A DNA stretch of 64,000 nucleotides from Mycoplasmatota bacterium (GCA_018394315.1 CP074575.1:2078615-2142614), one strand, 5' to 3'; positions 21,271 to 31,253 are shown, numbered from the stretch's first letter. Program-made: numbers and translations. Notes: generated by a model not told the origin, from the letters alone.

Positions 21271-21396
21271 TTACTTTTCAAGAACTACAATATAGTACTT
21301 ATCTCCTAGATGAGATTCTAGTTCTTTGATTTTGATTATTTCTTCTTCACTTATATTTGCTATTGGAACTTCATTTAACTTATTTTTACTTTCCAT
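21271..21396 (-). CDS. Small 41-aa protein (MESKNKLNEVPIANISEEEIIKIKELESHLGDKYYIVVLEK), not in ORF track
   Basis: AAGGAG RBS, ATG at 21396, TAA at 21271. Confidence 0.65.
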   Translation of the reverse strand: MESKNKLNEVPIANISEEEIIKIKELESHLGDKYYIVVLEK

Positions 21397-21561
21397 TAAT
21401 TAGTCTCCTTTTTTTATTATCTTTCTCTGTAAAAACTATTTTATGTATGAATAAAATTTAATAAATATAATAAGAAGTGATTATAATTTATTATTAAAAA
21501 AAGGTAAACTATTTCAGTTTACCTTTATGATATAAGGTTATATCTACCACATTAACTATTA

Positions 21562-21849
21562 CTAATAGTCGTGTGGTTTGTTATGGTATGAATAATGACT
21601 ATATTTTGGTCTTCCATAATACCAATGACTATATCTCGGTCTTCCATAGTACCAATAACCATATCTCGGTCTTCCGTAGAACCAAAAACCATATCTTGGT
21701 ACATAAAATCCATGGTGATATCTTGGCCTTTTATATCCATATTTAGGTTTGCCATACCCTCCATAACCGCCCATATATCGGATATCGCTTTGAGTAATCA
21801 TATTGCTATTTTGATAGTTGTTTTCTATGACGGTATACTCTTGAGTCAT
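21562..21849 (-). CDS. Tyr/Gly/Arg-rich repeat protein, spore-coat-like
   Basis: AGGAGG RBS; 10-aa repeats WxYGRP(R/K)YxH encoded by 30-bp repeats. Confidence 0.7.
   Translation of the reverse strand: MTQEYTVIENNYQNSNMITQSDIRYMGGYGGYGKPKYGYKRPRYHHGFYVPRYGFWFYGRPRYGYWYYGRPRYSHWYYGRPKYSHYSYHNKPHDY
21595..21700. repeat. Imperfect 30-bp tandem repeat, about 3 copies
   Basis: Units resembling TGACTATATCTCGGTCTTCCATAGTACCAA. Confidence 0.8.
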
Positions 21850-22059
21850 AATATCCTCCTAATCTAAAACTTTCGCTTTAGTATATGTTTCATAGAAAGA
21901 AAAAGAGATAATATTTACCTATACAGGGATAGATTAAACTCCACTTAATAAATGAAGAAGTACAATTTTAATTTTATATAGAAAAAGCGTATAACCTTAT
22001 TACTCTAATAGGATAATAAAAAAGATAAACATAAATATACTTAATAAAGGAGGAAAATA

Positions 22060-22413
22060 TTGAGATATCAAGATGAAAAATTGCCTGCTGGAGCTATTAA
22101 AGTGGGTGAAACTCCAATGATGAGTGAGAACACTGTACTCCCTGCGATTCTTAACAAACATATGTCTCCTAGAGGGAAAATCGGTCACATTGTGGTTGAG
22201 ACTGGGAGTTTACAATTCGTATGGGAAGATAATTTACATGACATAATAATGTGCGATAAGAAGCATCCTGTTGTTATTGAACCTGAAAGATACCATCATG
22301 TTATTATTACAGGTAAGGTTGAATTCAAAGTTGAATTCTATAAAGTAGAAAGTTCTGAAGTGGAGATTACTGAAGAAGATGCTGTTAGGCCTGGAGAAGA
22401 ATTCGTAGAATAA
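22060..22413 (+). CDS. DUF1971 (TehB/YeaR-like cupin) protein
   Basis: TP.M....P.IL.KH, G.L.F, IEPERYHHV, VEFY; TTG start after AAGGAGG. Confidence 0.75.
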   Translation: MRYQDEKLPAGAIKVGETPMMSENTVLPAILNKHMSPRGKIGHIVVETGSLQFVWEDNLHDIIMCDKKHPVVIEPERYHHVIITGKVEFKVEFYKVESSEVEITEEDAVRPGEEFVE

Positions 22414-22488
22414 TTTTTATTAATGAAAATTAAATCAATCTTATTTTTATAATAAAGAAAAGAGTTCCGAATTAGGAACTCTTAATTA

Positions 22489-23904
22489 TTAGTTTACTTC
22501 TGGTACTTCGTGAGCAATTATTCTCTCGTCAGCTACCATTTCATCATGTAAAATTTGAGCTAATCTTAAGTAATTATCCCATGCGCTATTTCTCTTAGTA
22601 AACCCTGTTGCAGAATAACTTCCTGAGTCACCTGTTGCAGGTAGATCGATAATATCAAACATTGATCCTCCAGCAATTAAATGATCTTCCAATGCATCAA
22701 AACTTATATTAAATCCTATACGCGCTGGTTCTTCATATGTTACAGATTGATATTTTGATTGTCTATAGAATTTTTTCAAACTACCATCTACAATTCCATC
22801 TTTTGAATCAGCGAAGATTTCATCATAATAAGAATCGATAATATTTCCTTCTGAATCAACTACAAATCTTAACAATGCCGTTAACCCTGCTGACTCACCA
22901 GTTAATTTTTCTGCATATTGATAGAAATATAATCCACTTTCAGTATTTCTAACCAGATCAATTCTTTCTGCTAATGGCACCATAGATTGTTGAATACTAT
23001 TTGAAGCACCGGCAACAATGTCTAAATCTAAGTATTTTAATCTATTTGGTTGATCATACTGTTTTGCCAATGTAGAATCATAATCAGGATTAAGTTCGAA
23101 TGTTAGTTTATCATTAGCAACCATATGTTTTTCCATCAACTCAGCTGATTGAATCCATGCAGCACCCTTTTTAGCTCCCATTGTAAAGTTATATTCTGAC
23201 ATTCTCTTAGGTACGTCTTGATAGAATCTAGTATAATAGTTTTCTCTACCAGTCTCGTTAAATTCAACAAGGATTAACTCATTTGATTCATTCGTAACAA
23301 CAGTTAAACTACCAATATGTCCTTGTCGGAATTTTTCTTCTTCATAGAAGTAATTACCTTTTAATAATCCTAATTCCGGTTGAACTGACCACTCTAAATC
23401 AAATGTATCTTCAGAATTTTCCGATGAAGTTACTTGAACGAACTCAGGTTCAGATTCATCAGTTCTAGGTAATGCATTTATAGCTTCTAAAATCCCATTT
23501 GATGAGAAAGTTGCACCAGTTACTGCATCAAGACCCTCATGTCCATTTCTTTCAATAACTTTCTCATATAATACTACTGCATTAAGGTATAGAGACTCTG
23601 TTTCTAAATTTGAATTTGTTTCAATGTCTTTTATTAAACCATTTTCAATAGTTACATCTAAGACAATTTCACCAAATTTACCTTGTCCAGTTACAGTATG
23701 TACTCCATCCACATATTTTCCTATTAAATTAGTTGATGTAATCACACCGTCTTTAACTACAACAATGAAATCACTTCCACTTGATGAAATCTCATATGTT
23801 CCATCTTGTAATCCATCTACTTGAGCAACATTTTTATCGTTTGAGCATGCTGCCAAAGATAAAACTGCAGCGAATAATAACAATATGCTTAATACACTTT
23901 TCAT
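22489..23904 (-). CDS. FMN-binding (flavinylation-type) lipoprotein
   Basis: Lipobox LAAC; FMN_bind domain with DAVTGATFSS; second candidate site DIVAGASNS. Confidence 0.8.
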   Translation of the reverse strand: MKSVLSILLLFAAVLSLAACSNDKNVAQVDGLQDGTYEISSSGSDFIVVVKDGVITSTNLIGKYVDGVHTVTGQGKFGEIVLDVTIENGLIKDIETNSNLETESLYLNAVVLYEKVIERNGHEGLDAVTGATFSSNGILEAINALPRTDESEPEFVQVTSSENSEDTFDLEWSVQPELGLLKGNYFYEEEKFRQGHIGSLTVVTNESNELILVEFNETGRENYYTRFYQDVPKRMSEYNFTMGAKKGAAWIQSAELMEKHMVANDKLTFELNPDYDSTLAKQYDQPNRLKYLDLDIVAGASNSIQQSMVPLAERIDLVRNTESGLYFYQYAEKLTGESAGLTALLRFVVDSEGNIIDSYYDEIFADSKDGIVDGSLKKFYRQSKYQSVTYEEPARIGFNISFDALEDHLIAGGSMFDIIDLPATGDSGSYSATGFTKRNSAWDNYLRLAQILHDEMVADERIIAHEVPEVN

Positions 23905-24218
23905 TATCTCTCCTCTTTCTGTCTATATTTCGACTCCTGCATTATATCTACCGATAAATATAAAATCAATATGAATACTACTGGTAAATTTAACAAGCAC
24001 TGTGTACCTGGTAAATATAATTTTTATGCTATAATTGAAAATTATAAATATATTTTATTTTAAGTCAAAGTGACTATTATTCGATTGAAAACGAGTAATT
24101 TACTAAGTATTATCAGATATCACTTTTTCTACCTAAATTTACTAATATTAAGAACTAATGAATAGAATTTGTTATCTACGAAGAAAATATTGTATCAAAT
24201 TAAGCAAGGAGGAAGTAT

Positions 24219-24560
24219 ATGGGTATCTTGTCAAGCTCAAAGACTATGATGGATAAATGTGTAGAATTATGTAATAATTGCCTTAGAGCATGCGAAGAGT
24301 GTCTTGAAGCATGTTTAATGGAACCCGACGTACAAGCAAGGATTAATTGCATAATGGTACTAAATGATTGTGCCGAGATCTGTACACTAGCTACTCGATT
24401 TATGTCTAGAAATAGTAATTTCTCTAAAGAGATATGTAGGTTATGTGCTACTATCTGTGAAAAATGTGCTCAAGAGTGCGAAATGTTTGAAGATGAACAT
24501 TGTAAAGAGTGTGCTAGTATTTGCCGTGATTGTGCTCAAGAGTGTAGAAACATGGCTTAG
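24219..24560 (+). CDS. Four-helix bundle copper storage protein (DUF326, Csp3/YhjQ-like)
   Basis: Many CxxC/CxxxC repeats, HCKECASICRDCAQEC, no signal peptide. Confidence 0.9.
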   Translation: MGILSSSKTMMDKCVELCNNCLRACEECLEACLMEPDVQARINCIMVLNDCAEICTLATRFMSRNSNFSKEICRLCATICEKCAQECEMFEDEHCKECASICRDCAQECRNMA

Positions 24561-24581
24561 CAAGCAGTTATCTTATTTGAA

Positions 24582-24606
24582 AAGGATGTTCAACTTGAAC
24601 ATCCTT
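24582..24606. terminator. Hairpin between convergent genes
   Basis: AAGGATGTTCAA-c-TTGAACATCCTT. Confidence 0.65.
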
Positions 24607-24611
24607 AATCT

Positions 24612-25262
24612 TTATATGTTAAAATGTTTAATCACAGCTTCAGCACGTTCTAAAAAATTAGTCTCTTCGTCTCGAAAGTTGCATAAAAATCCAGACTCGA
24701 TTGCTTTATCTATTTCTTTTTGTGCGATTACTTTTGATACTAATCTCGTGTTTTCTATTGAAAATTCAGGATTAGTGGTATTCTTCATAATGCATTTAAG
24801 CATATCACTCTTGTCATCTCTACTGAAATACTCATTATACACTAACTCAGGATCAGCTAATAAGAATATTACCCTATCATACGTAGATACTTGCTTAAAG
24901 ATTTCGGGCATACAATGAATGTCAACCACAACTTTTTGATTCTTATCTTTTGCTAATTCAATTAAATCAAGTATTATAAAATCCATTTCTTCTAACTCGC
25001 TATCTAGTAACCAATTAGCTTGTTTTTCTGCATTTCTACTAAAATATTCATCCCAAGTTGTAAAAGGTCTATTCATAGCTGGTTGATTTTCTATATCACT
25101 ATACTGACGGTGGTTCCAGTAATGATCATCTGCACTATAGTAAACCATATTAAATTCCTTTGATAAGTGTTTTGCCATTGTGGATTTTCCTCCACAGTTA
25201 GTTCCTGCAATAAAATATACATTTTTTAGTTTTCCTTTTAAAACATTATTCTTAATTTTCAT
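24612..25262 (-). CDS. P-loop small-molecule kinase (shikimate/nucleoside kinase-like)
   Basis: Walker A GTNCGGKST near the N-terminus followed by YSADD. Start at ATG 25262 after AGGAGG. Confidence 0.7.
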   Translation of the reverse strand: MKIKNNVLKGKLKNVYFIAGTNCGGKSTMAKHLSKEFNMVYYSADDHYWNHRQYSDIENQPAMNRPFTTWDEYFSRNAEKQANWLLDSELEEMDFIILDLIELAKDKNQKVVVDIHCMPEIFKQVSTYDRVIFLLADPELVYNEYFSRDDKSDMLKCIMKNTTNPEFSIENTRLVSKVIAQKEIDKAIESGFLCNFRDEETNFLERAEAVIKHFNI

Positions 25263-25280
25263 AATTTCCTCCTTCAAATA

Positions 25281-25334
25281 TTAATTTAAAAGAGATGTTC
25301 TGATCTTGACCGGTCGACAATTCATGAAAAACAT
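25281..25334 (-). CDS. Putative leader peptide MFFMNCRPVKIRTSLLN (17 aa)
   Basis: AAGGAGGT RBS 5 nt before the ATG; ends just before the kinase RBS. Confidence 0.5.
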   Translation of the reverse strand: MFFMNCRPVKIRTSLLN

Positions 25335-25363
25335 AACGTACCTCCTTGATGACTTAATATAAT

Positions 25364-25588
25364 TTATTTAATAATAAATTCTTTTTTTATAAATGTTTTT
25401 ATTTCATCATAAAAGAAAATTAATACTCCAATAATTGTGAAAATGACGAAAAAATCAAATATATTACCTGCTTGAGTATGTAATACATTAACGTACTGAC
25501 TACTTGATACCATAGAGGTACAAATTATTCCCGTAATACTTATTATCCCTGTAAATATCATAATTGCGCCAAAAATCATTCTTTTCAT
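25364..25588 (-). CDS. Small 2-TM membrane protein
   Basis: Two hydrophobic helices; GGGGGA RBS. Confidence 0.65.
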   Translation of the reverse strand: MKRMIFGAIMIFTGIISITGIICTSMVSSSQYVNVLHTQAGNIFDFFVIFTIIGVLIFFYDEIKTFIKKEFIIK

Positions 25589-25620
25589 AATTCCCCCTAT
25601 ATTCAATAAAATAGTAAAGC

Positions 25621-26406
25621 CTACATATCTGGTGCCCAGTAATGAGCAATTTCATCCTCTCTTTCAATAAAACCTAGTTTCTTAGCTAATATAATAGACG
25701 TCTCTCTGAATGGCCAACATGACCAATTTGGAGTCAATCCTTTTTCAATACACTTTTCTATAAAGCTAGCTGCTACTATCCTAGCAAAACCTTTTCCCAT
25801 ATACTCTTCCTTAGTAAAAATATCAATTTCTGCATTACTATTTCCAACATGAATAGAATAACATGCTGATATAACTTCGCCGTCTTTTAATATACAAAAA
25901 CCAATACCATTAGCAACAAATTTTTCTACTGACTTATAAGATTTTGTAATGTTAATCTTCTTCGCGATTTCTTCATCAATTTGTTTTAGAGTATATCCTT
26001 TTGGTAATTCAATAATTTTCTTGTTTGCTTCAAATTTTGATTTATCAAATTCAAACGTTTTTCTTTGAATTGTTATTGTACCCTTTTCATTAAATAACTT
26101 TAAAAGTTCTTCATTCCAACCGCTTGATAAAGGAAATAAAACTAATTCGCCTCCATCAACCAAAATCTTATTAAATATTAAATCACGCAATTCAGTGCTG
26201 AAATTTTTAATACCTACTTCACCAGCAATGTAGCAAAAAGAATCTTCGGCATACAAAAATACTGTTTTAGGTTCATTTAGATCATCAACATAAATACTTC
26301 CTTTAGCTATTCCTTCTACTATAGAAAATACTATTGGTATGCTATGTTCAATATTTTTTAATGCTGTATTAACCTTATAATAATCTTTTGTGTTTAATTT
26401 ATTCAT
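25621..26406 (-). CDS. GNAT acetyltransferase (ZmaR/YdfB-like)
   Basis: GIGFCIL, AEIDIFT.EEYMGKGFA, PNWSC...S..LAKKLGF. Confidence 0.82.
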   Translation of the reverse strand: MNKLNTKDYYKVNTALKNIEHSIPIVFSIVEGIAKGSIYVDDLNEPKTVFLYAEDSFCYIAGEVGIKNFSTELRDLIFNKILVDGGELVLFPLSSGWNEELLKLFNEKGTITIQRKTFEFDKSKFEANKKIIELPKGYTLKQIDEEIAKKINITKSYKSVEKFVANGIGFCILKDGEVISACYSIHVGNSNAEIDIFTKEEYMGKGFARIVAASFIEKCIEKGLTPNWSCWPFRETSIILAKKLGFIEREDEIAHYWAPDM

Positions 26407-26432
26407 TACTATTCCCCTTATATTATATTATC

Positions 26433-26960
26433 CTAGAAATTAGCGTGCTCTCGTTTAACGCTTTCTCCCTCATCTTCTAAGACTTCTGTATTAGATATAA
26501 TATCTCTTATTGTTTGTTTGTCATCTCTTAGTGCGACCATAAATAAATCAATAATAGATCCTATACCTAAAGTTAGTGTCCACCATAAAAACTTAAAAAC
26601 AACTTCCCTTAAGAATAATTGCCCAAATGATAATTCAGACTTACTTGTTGGGCTCACTCGAATACCACACACAAGTCTACCAATAGTTTTCCCATTCCAA
26701 AACAATGGAAGGAGTACATTGTATAACATCATGCCTACAAAGCCCACAAGATATGAGTATATAGTGACATACTTCAGATAGTCCCAATATATAATCATGA
26801 ACTCACTCTCAGTTATCAACATTTTTTCAAGGTCAAATGCAAGTCTAATAAACTCCATAGTTCTCCCGAATATTGGAATTAAAAACGGAATGCTTAATGT
26901 GCTCACTAGTAAATTATCAATAAAATAACTCCCAAATCTTTTAATAGCATTACTTCTCAT
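26433..26960 (-). CDS. RDD-family membrane protein
   Basis: KRFGSYFID, GKTIGRLVCGIRV, QTIRDIISNT. Confidence 0.88.
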   Translation of the reverse strand: MRSNAIKRFGSYFIDNLLVSTLSIPFLIPIFGRTMEFIRLAFDLEKMLITESEFMIIYWDYLKYVTIYSYLVGFVGMMLYNVLLPLFWNGKTIGRLVCGIRVSPTSKSELSFGQLFLREVVFKFLWWTLTLGIGSIIDLFMVALRDDKQTIRDIISNTEVLEDEGESVKREHANF

Positions 26961-27004
26961 AATAGTTCCTCCTCTTTAGTAAAAAATGCTCTACTCTATT
27001 ATAC

Positions 27005-27652
27005 TTACTCATCAACATATTTATTTTCTATTGCATAAAGAATCGCTTTACTGCGCTCTTTAATTCCTATTTTATCATAAATAGTACTTATATAATTCTT
27101 TACTGTGCCCTCAGATATATATAATGACTCAGCAATTTCCTTATTATTCAATCCTTTACCAAGTAGTTTAAAGACATCTATCTCTCTTTCCGTAAGTTGA
27201 TCAATTTGACCATCTAGATTAGCACTTTGTCTCTTAACTGTTATATGAGATATGATTTTCGAAGCTATTTCTGGTTGAATAATCGAGTTCCCTCCATATA
27301 CATCCTTAATAGCACTAATTAATTTTTCTGATGTTAAATCCTTAAGTAAGTACCCTTCTGCTCCATTCCTAAGTCCCTCAATTATATACTCATCATCATC
27401 AAATGTTGTTAGTATTAAAACTTTAACATATGGATACTTTTCTTTTATAGCTTGAGTACACTCTACTCCATTCATGATAGGCATTCTTATATCTAGTAAA
27501 ACTAGATCCGGATTATATAAGCTGATTTTGTCTAAGGCATCTTGTCCATTTTCAGCAAGACCAACAACTTTTATATCTTCTTCAAATTCTAAGATAGTCT
27601 TTAACCCTTCTCTCATCAATCTTTGATCATCTACTACGAGTATCTTAATCAT
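27005..27652 (-). CDS. NarL/LuxR-family response regulator
   Basis: REC domain (DD, LLDIRMP, K) and HTH LTERE...ISEGTVKNYIS. Confidence 0.94.
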   Translation of the reverse strand: MIKILVVDDQRLMREGLKTILEFEEDIKVVGLAENGQDALDKISLYNPDLVLLDIRMPIMNGVECTQAIKEKYPYVKVLILTTFDDDEYIIEGLRNGAEGYLLKDLTSEKLISAIKDVYGGNSIIQPEIASKIISHITVKRQSANLDGQIDQLTEREIDVFKLLGKGLNNKEIAESLYISEGTVKNYISTIYDKIGIKERSKAILYAIENKYVDE

Positions 27653-28820
27653 AGGAGAATCCTCCTTTTATTGGCACCCAAATATTTGTTCTAAAACCTT
27701 TTCCGAGTGTACTATAGAATTCAACTGTCCCATCAAAGGTTCCTATTCTCTCAATAATTCCTTTCAACCCAAATCCTTCCTTAATCAAATTACATCCTGC
27801 TCCGTCATCACTCATATTTAAAATTAAATATTCATCAGATTCAAAAATATCTATAGTTATGTGTTTAGCATTACCATGTCTCATAGAATTGGTTATCGTT
27901 TCCTGAATTACTCGAAATAGAGGAACCTCCATAAAGGCTGGAACATCAATTTTCTTATTAGTTAGTTTGACTTCTATATTCATATTTTCTTTAACATCAT
28001 CTATTAAAGTAAGGACTGCATCGATAAACGTTCTATTTTCAAGGGCCCTTGGCCTTAATGCTTTTATTGTTCTCTTAATATCATTTAGGCCATCCCTAGT
28101 AGAGTTTTGGGCTTTTTCTATTTCTTTAAAAGCTCTATCCAAATCAATTCCTATTAACTTTTTACAAGCCTCTAGTTGAACAACAACTGCTGTAAAAGTA
28201 TGAGCAAGGGTATCATGAATTTCTCTTGCCATTCTTAACCTTTCATTATCAATAGAAAGTTCCTTTATCTTAGATGATTTTAGTAATAACTTTTGATATG
28301 CTAGTTCTAATTCCTGATTAGCTCTCATTACTTTTTGTTTCTCTCTCATTTGCACTTTAACTAATAACCCGACTGAAAAAATAAGTACCAAAGCTAGTCC
28401 AAAGCTATAGAATCCATTTAATATAAAATAAATTATACTATTTATTTCAGTAACCGTACTAAACCATACAAACAAAATAACAGCACTAAGAATCGTAATG
28501 ATTATACTTATATAAATTGAGTTGATAAATACAACTTCAAAAATTATTGTACAAAAAAACAAGGTTACAACTGCAGAATCTGATAAAAAGAGAATAGATC
28601 CAACTACAATTAACTGAATAATTATACTAACAACACTATATTTGAAATGTTTTTCTTTCCTGTATATAAAAAACTGTCTTAGTGCCGTATTAACAATGAC
28701 AAATAAAATGCAAGATAATAATAGTAATACATTATTTGGATTATATACTAAAAGTTCTATAGAGCCTAGTATATAAAATATTATTTCAAGAACGATAAAG
28801 ACTTTTTCGATCTTTCTCAA
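27645..28820 (-). CDS. HisKA_3-type membrane sensor histidine kinase
   Basis: ERLRMAREIHDTLAH, QETITN, DDGAG, GFGLKG; about 5 TMs. TTG start at 28820 after GGGGGAG. Confidence 0.92.
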   Translation of the reverse strand: MRKIEKVFIVLEIIFYILGSIELLVYNPNNVLLLLSCILFVIVNTALRQFFIYRKEKHFKYSVVSIIIQLIVVGSILFLSDSAVVTLFFCTIIFEVVFINSIYISIIITILSAVILFVWFSTVTEINSIIYFILNGFYSFGLALVLIFSVGLLVKVQMREKQKVMRANQELELAYQKLLLKSSKIKELSIDNERLRMAREIHDTLAHTFTAVVVQLEACKKLIGIDLDRAFKEIEKAQNSTRDGLNDIKRTIKALRPRALENRTFIDAVLTLIDDVKENMNIEVKLTNKKIDVPAFMEVPLFRVIQETITNSMRHGNAKHITIDIFESDEYLILNMSDDGAGCNLIKEGFGLKGIIERIGTFDGTVEFYSTLGKGFRTNIWVPIKGGFSYD

Positions 28821-28876
28821 ATTACTCCCCCCAATATTCGTCATATTACCTAATATTACCATATATGTAAAAATCT

Positions 28877-29050
28877 TTAAAGAAGACCATTTAAATGGTT
28901 GTTTAAATATAGTTTTGCTTGATCAAGATCTAATTTAAGATGTTCTCTTTTAATACCCATTGCACCTTCGCTTTTAATAAATCTAGAAAAACCATTTTTA
29001 TTTTTGTTGAATACTTTGCTTATGTTTTTTAAATTTTTGATTATAGCCAC
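28877..29050 (-). CDS. Small ORF (57 aa), possibly a gene remnant
   Basis: Open frame from GTG 29050 with an overlapping GAGGAGGTG RBS; N-terminus KNLKNISKVF resembles ABC ATPase starts. Confidence 0.35.
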   Translation of the reverse strand: MAIIKNLKNISKVFNKNKNGFSRFIKSEGAMGIKREHLKLDLDQAKLYLNNHLNGLL

Positions 29051-29057
29051 CTCCTCA

Positions 29058-29876
29058 CTACACTGTTTTACTCTTATTCTTATACATGTAAGAAACTAGC
29101 AGTATCAATATTACATCACCAATTATTGTTGCAATCATTAATAATTCATTTATACTTAAAGTCCCAAAGTTAAATACCCAAATTATTAGTGTAGCGTGAT
29201 TAACACTTCCAAAAAACATTCCCAAGAAAAGATCAACTGCGCTATGTAATAAAACTCCAGGCCAAATTGAACCAGTTAAATCATATATATAGGTAAATAA
29301 GAAAGTCGCGAGTAATAACTCAAGCAAATAAGCTACACTAAACGGTTGCTGCAAGAAGTGAATAAGAACAAAAATCAATCCACTTATAACATATGCTGGC
29401 AATCTACCGTACCTAGTTAAACTTCTGAATAAATAACCCCTAAAATAAAATTCTTCATTTAAACCAACAGTCAAATATAAGAATGCAGCACTAAATATAT
29501 ACTTTAGCTGTACATTAGACCATCTCCAGTATGTAATACCCCATTTCTTTGTTAGCACCACCACTATGAAAAGCACTGAGAATGATACAACAAGCGAAAT
29601 AATTGTTAATAACAATTCTTTTTTTCCAAATCTAAATCCAAAACCTTTCCAATTTCTCTTATCAACTACTCGGTGTAAAAATAAGGTAAATAAAACTACT
29701 CCAATACAATAAATAAATGCAAATAATATTATTTTCGGATTACGTACATCTACCAAACTCATAGTTCCGAAATACTTTGTAGCCAATGCGTATAAAACTT
29801 GTCCAGTAATGATAAGTATTACAACTGATATCAACGAACGTATACCAGGATACCACTTTCTTAATATTTTAATCAT
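29058..29876 (-). CDS. CPBP (CAAX/Abi) intramembrane metalloprotease
   Basis: NEEFYFRG, FVLIH, HSAVD motifs. Confidence 0.9.
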   Translation of the reverse strand: MIKILRKWYPGIRSLISVVILIITGQVLYALATKYFGTMSLVDVRNPKIILFAFIYCIGVVLFTLFLHRVVDKRNWKGFGFRFGKKELLLTIISLVVSFSVLFIVVVLTKKWGITYWRWSNVQLKYIFSAAFLYLTVGLNEEFYFRGYLFRSLTRYGRLPAYVISGLIFVLIHFLQQPFSVAYLLELLLATFLFTYIYDLTGSIWPGVLLHSAVDLFLGMFFGSVNHATLIIWVFNFGTLSINELLMIATIIGDVILILLVSYMYKNKSKTV

Positions 29877-29936
29877 ATTAATCACCTCTTTCTATATTAC
29901 AGTTCGTATTATAAATAATATTCACAGTGTTGTCAG

Positions 29937-29985
29937 GTGAGTCTAGTCACAAAAAAAGTAATAAATGTATATGACTGCGGTCATA
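29937..29985. promoter_or_regulatory. Putative NarL-type response regulator sites (TGAC-N4-GTCA)
   Basis: TATGAC-tgcg-GTCATA (29970-29985) and GTGAG-tcta-GTCAC (29937-29950) upstream of the CPBP-HK-RR genes. Confidence 0.55.
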
Positions 29986-30086
29986 AAACACTTATTACTT
30001 AAAATTTATTCAAATTTTTTTAGTATAGCAACATTAAGATAGAGATAAAATAAACATGGCTATATATAAATGAAAGAGGTGTTTAA

Positions 30087-31238
30087 ATGGCGAGTTACAA
30101 ATTTTTTATGCCCCCAGTAAACTTAATGGGAACAGGATGTTTAGAAGAGACAGGAAAAGATGTAAAAACTTTAGGTTTTAAAAAAGCTCTTATTGTAACA
30201 GATAAGGTTTTGAATGAAATAGGTCTTGTGAAAGATTTAGAACGCGTATTAAATGAAAATGGGATAAAATCGATTATATTTGATGGAACTCAACCAAATC
30301 CAACTGTAGGAAATGTTGAAGAAGGTCTTAAACTTTTACAAGATAATGACTGCGACTTTATTATTTCATTCGGTGGTGGATCTCCACACGACTGTGCTAA
30401 AGGTATTGCGCTTGTAGCTACAAATGGTGGGTCTATCAAAGATTATGAAGGTGTTGATATCTCAAGCAAGCCTCAGCTTCCATTAGTTGCGATTAATACA
30501 ACTGCTGGGACTGCTTCAGAAATGACTAGATTTTGTATTATAACTGATGAGTCAAGACATATTAAAATGGCTATTGTTGATAAAAACACTACACCAATCC
30601 TATCAGTGAATGATCCCTTATTAATGATAAAGATGCCTAAATCACTAACAGCTGCTACAGGGATGGACGCACTAACTCACGCCGTTGAAGCATATGTATC
30701 TACCATCGCTACTCCAATAACTGATGCTTGTGCACTTAAAGCTATAGAACTAATTAGTGATCATTTAAGAACCGCAGTTGAAAACGGCAGTGATGAAAAC
30801 GCAAGAGAAATGATGGCTTATGCTGAGTTCTTAGCTGGGATGGCATTTAATAATGCATCACTAGGATATGTTCATGCAATGGCACACCAACTAGGTGGAT
30901 TTTATGACCTACCTCATGGTGTTTGTAACGCAGTTCTCCTACCTCATGTAGAAGAGTATAACGCACAAGTCTCTGCTGCTCGTTTAAAAGATGTAGCTAA
31001 AACAATGGGTGTAGATATTTCTAATATGTCCGATGAAGATGGGGCGAAGGCTGCAATTGATGCGATTAAATCGCTTTCTAGTGATATCGGTATCCCATCA
31101 GGATTAAGTGAATTAGGAGCAAAAGAAGAGGATTTAGATACCCTAGCAACAAATGCATTAAAAGACGCCACTGGAGCAACAAATCCCAAACAAGCAACCC
31201 ACCAGGAAATTGTAAATATATATAAAAACGCAATGTAA
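30087..31238 (+). CDS. Iron-containing alcohol dehydrogenase (Adh2/YiaY-like)
   Basis: [42 protein letters not shown]. Confidence 0.95.
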   Translation: MASYKFFMPPVNLMGTGCLEETGKDVKTLGFKKALIVTDKVLNEIGLVKDLERVLNENGIKSIIFDGTQPNPTVGNVEEGLKLLQDNDCDFIISFGGGSPHDCAKGIALVATNGGSIKDYEGVDISSKPQLPLVAINTTAGTASEMTRFCIITDESRHIKMAIVDKNTTPILSVNDPLLMIKMPKSLTAATGMDALTHAVEAYVSTIATPITDACALKAIELISDHLRTAVENGSDENAREMMAYAEFLAGMAFNNASLGYVHAMAHQLGGFYDLPHGVCNAVLLPHVEEYNAQVSAARLKDVAKTMGVDISNMSDEDGAKAAIDAIKSLSSDIGIPSGLSELGAKEEDLDTLATNALKDATGATNPKQATHQEIVNIYKNAM

Positions 31239-31253
31239 TATGTTATAACATAC

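Noticed and set aside
21595..21700. 30-bp periodic repeats as a CRISPR array
   Set aside because: Contiguous imperfect tandem units with no unique spacers; they encode peptide repeats.
21552..21867. Alternative-frame ORFs 21552-21764 (-) and 21595-21867 (+)
   Set aside because: Likely open because of the repeats; the 21849 start has the clear AGGAGG RBS.
23981..24020. CTGGTAAAT direct repeat upstream of the FMN lipoprotein
   Set aside because: Two short copies in AT-rich DNA with no recognisable regulator; too weak to call.
24445..24918. 157-aa plus-strand ORF
   Set aside because: Overlaps the Csp gene out of frame, spans a hairpin and is antisense to the kinase; a shadow ORF.
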